From NCBI RefSeq assembly GCF_009914755.1, contig NC_060933.1: a stretch of DNA of 64,000 nucleotides, one strand, 5' to 3'. The notes beneath the pieces were generated by a model, which saw only the letters and a program-made list of their open reading frames with translations, did not search any database and was not told the DNA's origin. Every line of letters begins with the position of its first letter. Position 1 is the stretch's first letter. The stretch is from the human T2T-CHM13v2.0 reference genome, Homo sapiens. The position numbers were made by a program, and so were the translations under genes. Below are positions 39,701 through 54,100 of the stretch, piece by piece.

Positions 39701-41999
39701 TTCAATTCCATTCCATTCCATGACATTCCACTTGTGTTGATTCCATTCCTTTCCATTCCATTCGAGTTGAACCCATTCCATTCCATTCCATTCCATTCCA
39801 TTCCGTTCCATTCCATTGCACGCGGGTTCATTCCATTCCATTCCGTTCCATTCCATTCCATTCCATTCCATTCCATTCCATTCCATTTCGTTCCATTCCA
39901 TTCTATTCCGTACGATTCCATTGCATTCCATTCCATTCCATTCCTTTCCATTCCATTGAAATCGTGTTGATTCCATTCCATTCCGTTCCATTCCATTCCA
40001 TTCCATTCCATTCCGGATGATTCCATTCCACTGCATTCCATTCCATTAAATTCCCCTGCACTTGGGGTGATTCCTTTCCATTCTATTCCATTCCATTCCA
40101 TTCCATTCCATTTCATTCCATTCCATTCCGTTTCGTTCCATTACATTCTATTCCGTACCATTGCACTCCATTCCATTCCATTCCATTCCATGCCATTCCT
40201 CTCGGGTTGATTCCATTCCTTTCCATTCCATTCGGGTTGAATCCATTCCATTCCATTCCTTTCCATTCCATTCCATTCCATTGCACTCGGGTTGATTCCA
40301 TTCCATTCCATTCCGTTCCATTCCGGATGACTCCATTCCATTGCATTCCATTCCATTCCATTCCCCTGCACTCGGTTTCATTCCATTCCATTCCATTCAC
40401 TTCCATTCCATTCCATTGCATTCCATTCCATTCCATTCCATTCCATTTCAATCGAGTTGATTCCATTCCATTCCATTCCATTCCATTCAATTCCCAATGA
40501 TGTCATTCCATTGCCTTCCATTCCATTCCATTCCCCTGCACTCGGGTTGATTCCATTCCATTCCATTCCATTCCATTCCATTCCATTCCATTTCGTTCCA
40601 TTCCATTCTATTCCGTACCATTCCATTCCATTCCATTCCATTCCATTCCATTCCATTCCATTCCATTTCCTTCCATTCCATTCCTTTCCATTCCATTCCA
40701 TTCCATTCCATTCCATTAGGGTTAATTCCATTCCATTCCATTCCATTCCATTCCATTCCATTCCATTCCATTCCATTCCATGCCATTCCACTCGGGTTGA
40801 TTCCATTCCTTTCCATTCCATTCGAGTTGAATCCATTCCATTCCATTCCATTCCATTCCATTCCATTCCATTCCATTGCACACGGGTTCATTTCATTCCA
40901 TTCCATTCCATTCCATTTCGTTCCATTCCATTCTATTCCATACCATTCCATTCCATTCCATTCCATTAGACTCCATTCCATGCCATTCCACTCGGTTTTA
41001 TTCCATTCGTTTCCATTCCATTCGGGTTTAATCCATTGCATTCCATTCCATTCGATTCCATTACATTGCACTCGTGTAGTTTACATTCCATTCCATTCCA
41101 TTCCATTCCATTCCATTCCATTCCATTCCATTCCGGATGATTCCATTCCATTGTATTCCATTGCATTCCATTCCCCTGTACTCGGGTTGATCCCATTCCA
41201 TTGCATTCCATTCCATTCCATTCCATTCCATTCCATTCCGTTCCGTTCCATTCCATTCCCTTCCATTCTCTTCAGGTTAATTCCATTCCATTCCATTCCC
41301 TTCCATTCCATTCCATTCCATTCCATGCCATTCCACTCGGGTTGATTCCATTCCTTTCCATTACATTCGAGTTGAACCCATTCCATTCCATTCTATTGCA
41401 TTGCATTCCACTCGGGTTGATTCCATTCCTTTCCATTCCATTCGGGTTGAAACCATTCCATTCCATTCCATTCCTTTCGATTCCATTCCATTTCACTCGG
41501 GTTGATCCCATTCCATTGCATTCCATTCCATTCCATTGCATTCCATTCCGTTCCATTCCATTCCATTACATTCGTATTGATTCTATTCAATTCCCTTACT
41601 CTCCATTACATTCCATTCCTTTCGGGTTGTTTCCATTCCATTCCATTCCATTCCACTCCATTCCATTTCAATCGGGTGATTCCATTCCATTCCATTGCAT
41701 TCCATTCCATTCCATTCCATTCCGTATGATTCCATTCCATTCCATTCCATTCCATTCCATTCCCTGGCACTCGGGTGGATTCCATTCCATTCCATTCCAT
41801 TCCATTCCATTCCATTCCATTCCATTCTATTCGGGTTAATTTTATTCCATTCCATTCCATTCCCTTCCATTGCATTCCATTCCATTCCATTCCATTCCAT
41901 TGAAATCGAGTTGATTCCATTCCATTCCATTCCATTCCATTCCATTCCATTCCATTCCATTCCATTCCATTCTATTCAGGTTAATTCCATTCAATTCCA

Positions 42000-42400
42000 T
42001 TCCATTCCATTCCCTTCCATTCCATTCTATTTCATTCCATTCCATTCCATTCCATTCTATTAGGGTTAATTCCATTCCATTCCATTCCATTCCATTCCAT
42101 CCCATTCCATTCCATTCCATTGCAATCGAGTTGATTCCATTCCATTCCATTCCATTCCATTCCATTCAATTCCATTGAACTCGGGTTAATTCCATTCCAT
42201 TCCATTCCATTCCATTCCCTTCCATTCCATTCTATTCCATTCCATTCCATTCCATTCCATTCTATTAGGGTTAATTCCATTCCATTCCATTCCATTCCAT
42301 TCCATTCCATCCCATTCCATTCCATTCCATTGCCATCGAGTTGATTCCATTCCATTCCATTCCATTCCATTCCATTCAATTCCATTGAACTCGGGTTGAT
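42000..42400 (-). repeat. ~205-bp tandem duplication (2 copies)
   Basis: TAGGGTTAAT at 42061/42266, CCATCCCATT in both copies, and TGAACTCGGG at 42176/42386. Confidence 0.82.
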
Positions 42401-45400
42401 TCCATTCCATTCCATGCCATTCCATTTCATTCCATTCCATTCAATTCCATTCCATTCCATTCCATTCCATTCCTTTCCGTTCCATTCCATTACATTCGGA
42501 TTGATTATATTCAATTCCGTTACACTCCATTACATTCTATTCCATTCGTGTTGTTTCCATTCTATTCCATTCCATTCCACTCCATTCCATTGCACTCTGG
42601 TTGATTCCATTCCATTGCCTTCCATTCCGTATGACTCCATTCCTTTTCATTCCATTCCATTGCATTCCCCTGCACTGGAGTTGATTACATTCCATTCCAT
42701 TCCCTTCCTTTCCGTTCCATTCCATTCTATTCGGGTTAATTCCATTCCATTCCATTCCATTCCATTCCATTCCATTCGATTCTATCCGGGTTAATTCCAT
42801 TCCATTCCATTCCATTCCATTCCATTGCAATCGAGTTGATTCCATTCCATTCCATTCCATTCCATTCCATTCCATTCCGGATGATTCCATTCCATTGCCT
42901 TCCATTCCATTCCATTACCATGCACTCGGGTTGTTTCCATTCCATTCCATTCCATTCCATTCCATTCCATTTCGTTCCATTCGATTCTATTCCGTACCAT
43001 TCAATTCCATTCCATTCCATGCCATTCCATTCCATTCCAGTCCATGCCATTCCACTCGGGTTGATTTCATTCCTTTCCATTCCATTCGAGTTGTATCCTT
43101 TGCATTCCATTCCATTCCATTCGATTCCATTCCATTGCACACGGGTTCATTACATTCCATTCCATTCCATTCCATTCCATTCCATTCCATTCCATTTCGT
43201 TTCATTCCATTCTATTCCGTACCATTCCATTCCATTCCATTCCATTCCAGTCCATTCCATGCCATTCCACTCGGGTTGATTCAATTCCTTTCCATTCCAT
43301 TTGGGTTGAATCCATTCCATTCCATTCCATTCCATTCCATTACATTACATTACACTTGGGTTGATTCCATTCCATTCCATTCCATTCCATTTCATTCCAT
43401 TCCATTCCATTCCATTCCATTCCATTCCATACCATTCCATTCCATTCCATTCCATGCCATTCCACTCGGGTTGATTCCATTCCTTTCCATTCCTTTCGAG
43501 TTGAACCCATTCCATTCCATTCCATTCCATTCCATTCCATTGCACACGGGTTCATTCCATTCCATTCCATTCCATTCCATTTCGTTTTTTTCCATTCTAT
43601 TCCGTACCATTCCATTCCATTCCATTCCATTCCATGCCATTCCACTCGGGTTTATTCCATTCCTTTCCATTCCATTCGGGTTCAATCCATTCCATTCCCT
43701 TCCATTCCATTCGATTCCATTCCATTGCACTCGGGTTGATTCCATTCCATTCCATGCCATTCCATTTCATTCAATTCCATTCCATTCCATTCCATTCTAT
43801 TCCGTTCCATTCCATTCAATTACATTCGTATTGATTCTTTTTAATTCCCTTACACTCCATTACATTCCATTCCATTCGGGTACTTTCCATTCCATTCCAT
43901 TCCATTCCACTGCATTCTATTGCACTCGGGTTGATTGATTCCATTCCATTGCATTCCATTCCATTCCATTCCCCTGAACTCGGGTGGATTCCATTCCATT
44001 CCATTCCATTCCATTCCGTTCCATTCCATTCCATTCCATTCTGTTCAGGTTAATTCCATTCCATTCCATTCCCTTCCATTCCATTCCATTCTATTCCATT
44101 CCATTCCATTCCATTCCCCTGCACTCAGTTTGATTCCATTCCATTCCATTCCATTCCATTCCGTTCCATTCCATTCCAATCCATTCTATTCGCATTAATT
44201 CCATTCAATTCTATTCCATTACATTCCATTGCAATCGAGTTGATTCCATTCCATTCCATTCCATTCCATTCAAGTCCTTTCCATTCCATTCCACTCGTGT
44301 TGATTCCATTTTATTAGTTTCCATTCCATTCCATTCCCTTCCATTCCACTCTGGTTGATTCCATTCCTTTCCATTCTACTCGAATGCATTCCCTTCTATT
44401 CCACTCTGATTGATTCCATTCCATTCCGTTCCATTCCATTCCATTTCGTTCCATTCCATTCTATTCCATTCCATTCCATTCCATTCCTTTCCATTCCATT
44501 CCGTTCCATTCCATTCCATTCCATTCCATTTCTTTCCATTCCATTCTATTCCATACCATTCCATTCCATTCCGTTCCATGCCATTCCACTCGGGTTGATT
44601 CCATTGCTTTCCATTCCATTTGGGTTGAATCCATTCCATTCCATTGCATTCCATTGCATTCCATTCCATTCCATTCCATTCCATTGCATTCCATTCCATT
44701 GCACTAGGATTGATTCCATTCCACTGCATTCCATTCCATTCCATTCCATTCCATTCCGTTCCATTCCATTCCATTACATTCGTATTGATTGTATTCAATT
44801 CCCTTACACTCCATTACATTCCATTCCATTCGGGTTGTTTCCATTCCATTCCATTCCATTCCACTCCATTCCATTGCAGTCGGGTTGATTCCATTCCATT
44901 CCATTCCATTCCCTTCCATTCCATTTCGTTCCATTCCATTCTATTCCATACCATTCCATTCCATTCCATTCCATTCCATTCCATTCCATTCCATTCCATG
45001 CCATTCCACTCGGGTTGATTCCATTCCATTCCATTCCATTCGGGTTGAAACCATTCCATTCCATTCCATTCCATTCCATTCCATTCCATTCCGGATGATT
45101 GCATTCCATTGCCTTCCATTCAATTGCATTCCCCTGCACCCGGGTTGATTCCATTCAATTCCATTCCATTCCATTCCGTTCCATTCCATTCCATACCATG
45201 CCATTCCATTCCATTCCATTCTATTCGGGTTAATTCCATTCCATTCCATTCCATTCCATTCAATTTCATTGCAATCGGGTTGATTCCATTCCGTTCCATT
45301 CCATTGCATTCCATTGCATTCCATTCCATTCCATTCCATTCCATTCCATTCCATTTCACTCGGGTTGATTCCATTCCTTTCCATTCCATTCGGGGTGAAG

Positions 45401-48400
45401 CCTTTCCATTCCATTCCATTCCTTTCGATTCCATTCCATTGCACTCGGGTTGATCCCATTCCATTGCATTCCATTCCATTCCATTCCATTCCATTCCGTT
45501 CCATTCAATTCCATTACATTCGGATTGATTCTATTCAATTCCCTTACACTCCATCACATTCCATTCCATTCGGGTTGTTTCCATTCCATTCCATTCCATT
45601 CCATTCCATTCCATTCCATTCCATTGCATTCCGTATGATTCCATTCCATTGCATTCTATTCCATTCCATTCCCCTGCAGTCGGGTGGATTCCATTCTATT
45701 CCATTCCATTCCATTCCATTCCATTCCATTCCATTCCATTCCATTGAAATCGAGTTGATTCCATTCCATTCCATTCCATTCCATTCCATTCCATTCCATT
45801 CCAATCCATTCTATTCGGGTTAATTCCATTCCATTCCATTCCATTCCATTCCATTCCATTCCGGATGATTCCATTCCATTGCATTCCATTCCATTCCATT
45901 CCCCTGCACTCAGATTGATTCCATTCCATCCCATTCCTTTCCATTCCATTCCATTCCATTCTATTCGCGTTAATTCCATTCCATTCCATTCCATTCCATT
46001 ACATTCCATTGCAATCGAGTTGATTCCATTCCATTCCGTTCCATTCCATTCCATTCCATTCCATTTCGATCCATTCCATTCTATTCCGTACCATTCCATT
46101 CCATTCCATTCCATTCCATTCCATTCCATACCATTCCACTCGGGTTGATTCTATTGCTTTCCATTCCATTTGGGTTGAATCCAATCCATTCCATTGCATT
46201 CCATTCCATTCCATTCGATTCCATTGCACTAGGTTTGATTCCATTCCACTGCATTCCATTCCAATGCGTTCCGTTCCATTCCATTCCATTACATTCGGAT
46301 TGATTGTATTCAATTCCTTACACTCCATTACATTCCATTCCATTCGGGTTGTTTCCATTCCGTTCCATTTCATTCCATTCCATTCCATTGCACTCAGGTT
46401 GATTGCATTCCATTCCATTCCATTCCACTCCATTCCATTTCGTTCCATTCCATTCTATTCCGTACCATTCCATTCCATTCCATTCCATTCCATGCCATTC
46501 CACTCGGGTTTATTCCATTCCTTTCCATTCCATTCGGGTTGAATCCATTCCATTCCATTCCGTTCCATTCCATTCCATTCCATTCTGTTCAGGTTAATTC
46601 CATTCCATTCCTTTCCCTTCCATTGCATTCTATTCCATTCCATTGCAATCGAGTTGTTTCCATTGCATTCCATTCCATTACATTCCATTGCATTCCATTC
46701 CATTCCATTCCCCTGCACTCAGGTTGATTCCATTCGATTCCATTCCATTCCATTCCATTCCATTCCGTTCCATTCCATTCCATTCCATTCTATTCGCTTT
46801 AATTGCATTCCATTCCATTCCATTGCATTCCATTGCAATCGAGTTGATTCCATTCCTTTCCGTTCCATTCCATTCCATTCCATTCCATTTCATTCCATTC
46901 CATTCTATTCCGTACCATTGCATTCCATTCCATTCCATTCCATTCCATTCCGTTCCATTCCATTCCATGCCATTCCACTCACGTTGATTCCATTGCTTTC
47001 CATTCCATTTGGGTTGAATCCATTCCATTCCTTTCCATTCCATTCCATTCCATTCCATTCCATTCCATTGCACTAGGTTTGATTCCATTCCACTGCATTC
47101 CATTCCATTCCATTCCATTCCGTTCCATTCCATTCCATTACATTCGGATTGATTGTATTCAATTCCCTTACACTCCATTTCATTCCATTCCATTCGGGTT
47201 GTTTCCATACCATTCCATTCCATTCTATTCCATTTCGTTCCATTCCATTCTATTCGGTAGCATTCCATTCCATTCCATTCCATTCCATTCCATTCCATGC
47301 CATTCCACTTGGGTTGATTCCCTTCCTTTCCATTCCATTCGGGTTGAATCCATTCCATTCCATTCCATTCCATTCCGTTCCATTCCTTTCCATTCCATTG
47401 CACACGGGTTGATTCCATTCCATTCCTTTCTGTTCCGTTCCGGATGACTCCATTCCATTGCATTCCATTCCATTCCATTGCCCTGCCCTCGGGTTCATTA
47501 CATTCCATTCCATTTACTTCCAATCTATTCCATTCCATTCAATTCCATTCTATTCGGGTTAATTCCATTCCAATCCATTCCATTCCATTCCATTCCAATC
47601 CATTCCATTCCATTCCATTCCATTGCAATCGAGTTGATTCCATTCCATTCCATTCAATTCCATATGATTCCATTCCATTGCCTTCAATTCCATTCCATTC
47701 CCCTGCACTCGGGTTGATTCCATTCCATTCCATTCCATTCCATTCCATTCCATTTCATTCCATTCCATTTTGTTACATTCCATTCTATTCCGTTCCATTC
47801 CATTCAATTCCATTCCATTCCATTCCATTCCATTCCATTCCATTCCATTCCATTCCTTTCCATTCTATTCGGGTTAATTCCATTCCATTCCATTCCATTC
47901 CATTCCATTCCATTCCGTTCCATTCAATTCCATTACATTCGGATTGATTCTTTTTAATTCCCTTACACTCCATTACATTCTATTCCATTCGGGTAGTTTC
48001 CATACCATTCCATTCCATTCCACTGCATTCAATTGCACTCGGGTTGATTGATTCCATTCCATTGCATTCCATTCCATTCCATTCCATTCCGGATGATTCC
48101 ACTTCATTGCATTCCATTGCATTCCATTCGGCTGTACTCGGGTTGATCCCATTCCATTGCATTCCTTTCCATTCCCTTCCATTCTGTTCAGGTTAATTCC
48201 ATTCCATTCCATTCCCTTCCATTCCATTCCATTCCATTCCATTCCATTCCATGCCATTCCACTCGGTTTGATTCCATTCCTTTCCATTCCATTCGAGTGG
48301 AACCCATTCCATTCCATTCCATTCCATTCCATTCCATTCCATTCCACTCGGGTTGATTCCATTCCTTTCCATTCCATTCGGGTTGAAACCATTCGATTCC

Positions 48401-50459
48401 ATTCCATTCCTTTCGATTCCATTCCATTTCACTCGGGTTGATCCCATTCCATTGCATTCCATTCCATTCCATTGCATTCCATTCCGTTCCATTCCATTCC
48501 ATTACATTCGTATTGATTCTATTCAATTCCCTTACTCTCCATTACATTCCATTCCATTCGGGTTGTTTCCATTCCATTCCATTCCATTCCACTCCATTCC
48601 ATTGCAATCGGGTTGATTCCATTCCATTCCATTGCATTCCATTCCATTCCATTCCATTCCGTATGATTCCATTCCATTGCATTCCATTCCATTCCATTCC
48701 CCTGCACTCGGGTGGATTCCATTCTATTCCATTCCATTCCATTCCATTCCATTCCATTCCATTCCATTCTATTCGGGTTAATTTCATTCCATTCCATTCC
48801 ATTCCCTTCCATTGCATTCCATTCCATTCCATTCCATTCCATTGAAATCGAGTTGATTCCATTCCATTCCATTCCATTCCATTCCATTCCATTCCATTCC
48901 ATTCCATTCCATTCTATTCGGGTTAATTCCATTCCATTCCATTCCATTCCATTCCCTTCCATTCCATTCTATTCCATTCCATTCCATTCCATTCTATTCT
49001 AGTAGGGTTAATTCCATTCCATTCCATTCCATTCCATTCCATTCCATTCCATTCCATTCCATTGCAATCGAGTTGATTCCATTCCATTCCATTCCATTCC
49101 ATTCCATTCCATTCCATTCAATTCCATTGAACTCGGGTTGATTCCATTCCATTCCATGCCATTCCATTTCATTCCATTCCATTCCATTCCATTCCATTCC
49201 ATTCCATTCCATTCCTTTCCGCTCTATTCAATTACATTCGGATTGATTCTATTCAATTCCCTTACACTCCAATACATTCTATTCCATTCGTGTTGTTTCC
49301 ATTCTATTCCATTCCATTCCACTCCATTCCATTCCGTTCCGGATGATTCCATTCCATTTCATTCCATTGCATTGTTTTCCCCTGCACTCGATTTGATTAC
49401 ATTCCATTCCATTCCCTTCCTTTCCGTTCCATTCCATTCTATTCTGGTTAATTCCATTCCATTCCATTACATTCCATTCCCTTCCATTCCATTCCATTCC
49501 ATTCCATTCCATTCCATTCCATTCTATTCGGGTTAAATCCATTCCATTCCATTCCATTCCATTCCATTCCATTCCATTCCATTGCAATCGAGTTGATTCC
49601 ATTCCATTCCATTCCATTCCATTCCGTTCCATTCCATTCCATTACATTCGGATTGATTCTTTTTAATTCCCTTACACTCCATTCCATTGCATTCCATTCG
49701 GGTACTTTCCATTCCATTCCATTCCATTCCACTGCATTCTATTGCACTCGGGTTCATTGATTCCATTCCATTGCATTCCATTCCATTCCATTCCCCTGCA
49801 CTCGGGTTGATCCCATTGCATTGCATTCCATTCCATTCCATTCCATTCCATTCCATTCCGTTCCATTCCATTCCATTCCATTCTGTTCAGGTTAATTCCA
49901 TTCCATTCCATTCCCTTCCATTCCGTTCCATTCCATTCCATTCCATTCTGTTCAGGTTAATTCCATTCCATTCCATTCCCTTCCATTCCATTCCATTCCA
50001 TTCCATCCCATTGCAATCTAGTTGATTCCATTGCATTCCATTCCATTCCATTCCATTCCATTGCATTCCATTCCATTCCATTCACCTGCACTCAGATTGA
50101 TTCCATTCCATCCCATTCCATTCCATTCCGTTCCATTACATTCCATTCCATTCTATTCGCGTTAATTCCATTCCATTCCATTCCATTACATTCCATTGCA
50201 ATCGAGTTGATTCCATTCCATTCCGTTCCATTCCATTCCATTCCATTCCATTTCGTTCCATTTCATTTTATTCTGTACCATTCCATTCCATTCCATTCCA
50301 TTCCATTCCATTCCATGCCATTCCACTCGGGTTGATTCCATTGCTTTCCATTCCATTTGGGTTGAATCCAATCCATTCCATTCCATTCCATTCCATTCCC
50401 ATTCCATTCCATTCCATTCCATTGCACTAGGTTTGATTCCATTCCACGGCATTCCATTC

Positions 50460-51160
50460 CATTCCATTCCGTTCCATTCCATTCCATTACATTCGGATTG
50501 ATTGTATTCAATTCCCTTACACTCCATTACATTCCATTCCATTCGGGTTGTTTCCATTCCATTACATTCCATTCCACTCCATTCCATTGCACTCAGGTTG
50601 ATTCCATTCCATTCCATTCCATTCCATTCCATTCCATTTCGTTCCATTCCATTCTATTCCGTACCATTCCATTCCATTCCATTCCATTCCATGCCATTCC
50701 ACTCAGGTTTATTACATTCCTTTCCATTCCATTCGGGTTGAATCCATTCCATTCCGTTGCCTTCCATTCCATTCCATTCCATTCCTTTGCACTCGGGTTG
50801 ATTCCATTCCATTCCCTGCCATTCCATTCCATTCCATTCCATTCCATTCCATTCCATTCCATTCCGTTCCATTCCATTCCATTACATTCGGATTGATTGT
50901 ATTCAATTCCCTTAAACTCCATTACATTCCATTCCATTCGGGTTGTTTCCGTTCCATTACATTCCATTCCACTCCATTCCATTGCACTCAGGTTGATTCC
51001 GTTCCATTCCATTCCATTCCATTCCATTCCATTCCATTCCATTCCATTTCGTTCCATTCCATTCTATTCCGTACCATTCCATTCCATTCCATTCCATTCC
51101 ATGCCATTCCACTCGGGTTGATTCCATTCCTTTCCATTCCATTCGGGTTGAATCCATTCC
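50460..51160 (-). repeat. ~395-bp tandem duplication (about 1.8 copies)
   Basis: GGATTGATTGTATTCAATTCCC...GCACTCAGGTTG...TTTCGTTCC repeats at about +395 (ORFs 50498/50893 and 50502/50897). Confidence 0.78.
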
Positions 51161-54100
51161 ATTCCATTCCATTGCATTCCGTTCCATTCCATTCCCCTGC
51201 AATCGGGTGGATTCCATTCCATTCCATTCCATTCCATTCATTCCATTCCATTCCTTTCCATTTCGTTCCATTCCATTCTATTCCGTACCTTTCCATTCCA
51301 TTCCATTCCATTCCATTCCATTCCATGCCATGCCATTCCACTCGGGTTGATTCCATTCCTTTCCATTCCATTCTAGTTGAATCCATTCCATTGCATTGCA
51401 TTCCATTCGATTCCATTCAATTGCACACGGGTTCATTCCATTCCATTCCATTCCATTCCATTCCATTCCATTTCGTTCCATTCCATTCTATTCCGTACCA
51501 TTCCCTTCCATTCCATTCCATTCCACTCCGTTCCATGCCATTCCACTCGGGTTTACTCCATTCCTTTCCATTCCATTCGGGTTGAATCCATTCCATTCCA
51601 TTCCATTCCATTCCATTGCATTCCATGCCATTCCACTCGGGTTGATTGCATTCCTTTCCATTCCATTCGAGTTGAACCCCTTCCATTCCATTCCATTCCA
51701 TTCCATTCCATTCCATTGCTCACGGGTTCATTCCATTCCATTCCATTCCATTCCATTCCATTTCGTTCCATTCCATTCTACTCCGTACCATTCCATTCCA
51801 TTCCATTCCCTTCCATGCCATTTCACTCGGGATTATTCCTTTCCTTTCCATTCCATTCGGGTTGAATCCATTCCATTCCATTCCATTGCATTCCATTCCA
51901 TTCCATTCCCCTGTAATTGGGTGGATTCCATTCTATTCCATTCCATTCCATTCCATTCCATTCCATTCCATTCCATTCCATTCCATTTCGTTCCATTCCA
52001 TTCTATTCCGTACCTTTCCATTCCATTCCATTCCATTCCATTCCATGCCATTCCACTCGGGTTGATTCCATTGCTTTCCATTCCATTTGGGTTGAATCTA
52101 ATCCATTCCATTCCATTCCATTCCATTCCATTCCATTCCATTGCACTAGGTTTGATTCCATTACACTGCATTCCATTCCATTCCATTCCATTAAATTCTA
52201 TTCCACTCGGGTTGATTCCATTCCTTTCCATTCCATTCGTGTTGAATCCATTCCATTCCATTCCATTACTTTCGATTCCATTCCATTGCACTCGGGTTGA
52301 ACCCATTCCATTGGATTCCATTCCATTCCATTGCATTCCATTCCGTTCCATTCCATTCCATTACATTCGTATTGATTCTATTCAATTCCCTTACACTCCA
52401 TTCCATTCCATTCCATTCCATTCGGGTTGTTTCCATTCCATTCCATTCCATTCCACTCCATTCCATTGCAATCGGGTTGATTCCATTCCATTCCATTCCG
52501 TATGATTCCATTCCATTGCATTCCATTCCATTCCATTCCCCTGCACTCGGGTGGATTCCATTCTATTCCATTCCATTCCATTCCACTCTATTCCATTCCA
52601 TTCCATTCCATTCCATTCCATTCCATTCCATTCCATTCCATTCCATTCCATTCCATTCCATTCCATTCCATTCCATTGTATTCGGGTTAATTCCATTCCA
52701 TTCCATTCCATTCCATTCCATTCCATTCCATTCCATTCCATTCCATTGAAATCGAGTTGATTCCATTTCATTCCATTCCATTCCATTCCATTCCATTCCA
52801 TTCCATTCCATTGCATTCTATTCCGGTTAATTCCATTCCATTCCATTCCATTCCATTCTATTCCCTTCCATTCCATTCCATTCTATTCGGGTTAATTCCA
52901 TTCCATTCCATTCCATTACATTCCATTGCAATCGAGTTGATTCCATTCCATTCCATTCCATTCCATTCAATTCCGGATGATTGCATTCCATTGCCTTCCA
53001 TTCCATTCCATTCCCCTGCACTCGGGTTGATTCCATTCCATTCCTTTCCATTCCATTCCATTCCATTCCATTTCGTTTCATTCCGTTCTATTCCGTACCA
53101 TTCCATTCCATTCCATTCCATTTCATTCCATTCCATTTCATGCCATTCCACTCGGGTTGATTCGATTCCTTTCCATTCCATTCGACTTGAATCCATTCCA
53201 TTCCATTCCATTCCATTCGATTCCATTCCATTGCACACGGGTTCATTCCATTCCATTCCATTCCATTCCATTCCATTCCATTAGATTCCATTCCACTCGG
53301 GATGATTCCATTCCTTTCCATTCCATTCGGGTTGAAACCATTCCATTCCATTCCATTCCTTTCGAATCCATTCCATTACACTCGGGTTGATCCCATTCCA
53401 TTGCATTGCATTCCATTCCACTGCATTCCATTCCGTTCCATTCCATTCCATTACATTCGTATTGATTCTATTCAATTCCCTTACACTCCATTACATTCCA
53501 TTCCATTCGGGTTGTTTCCATTCCATTCCATTCTATTCCACTCCATTCCATTGCAGTCGGGTTGATTCCATTCCATTCCATTCCATTCCATTCCGTTCCA
53601 TTCCATTCCATTCCATTCTGTTCAGGTTAATTCCATTCCATTCCATTCCCTTCCATTCCATTCCATTCCATTCCATTCCGTTCCATTCCATTGCAATCGA
53701 GTTGATTCCATTGCATTCCATTCCATTCCGTTCCATTCCATTGCATTCCATTCCATTACATTCCATTCCATTGCATTCCATTCCATTCCATTCCCCTGCA
53801 CTCAGATTGATTCCATTCCATTCCATTCCATTCCATTCCGTTCCATTCCATTCCATTCCATTCTATTCGCGTTAATTCCATTCCATTCCATTACATTCCA
53901 TTGCAATCGAGTTGATTCCATTCCATTCCGTTCCATTCCATTCCATTCTATTCCATTTCGTTCCATTCCATTCTATTCCGTACCATTCCATTCCATTCCA
54001 TTCCATTCCATGCCATTCCACTCGGGTTGATTCTATTGCTTTCCATTCCATTTGGGTTGAATCCAATCCGTTCCATTCCATTCCATTCCATTCCATTGCA

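Noticed and set aside
42060-42270. TTAGGG hexamers (also ~12147, ~40716, ~55306)
   Set aside because: These are isolated point variants of TTCGGG within the cassette, not tandem telomeric repeat.
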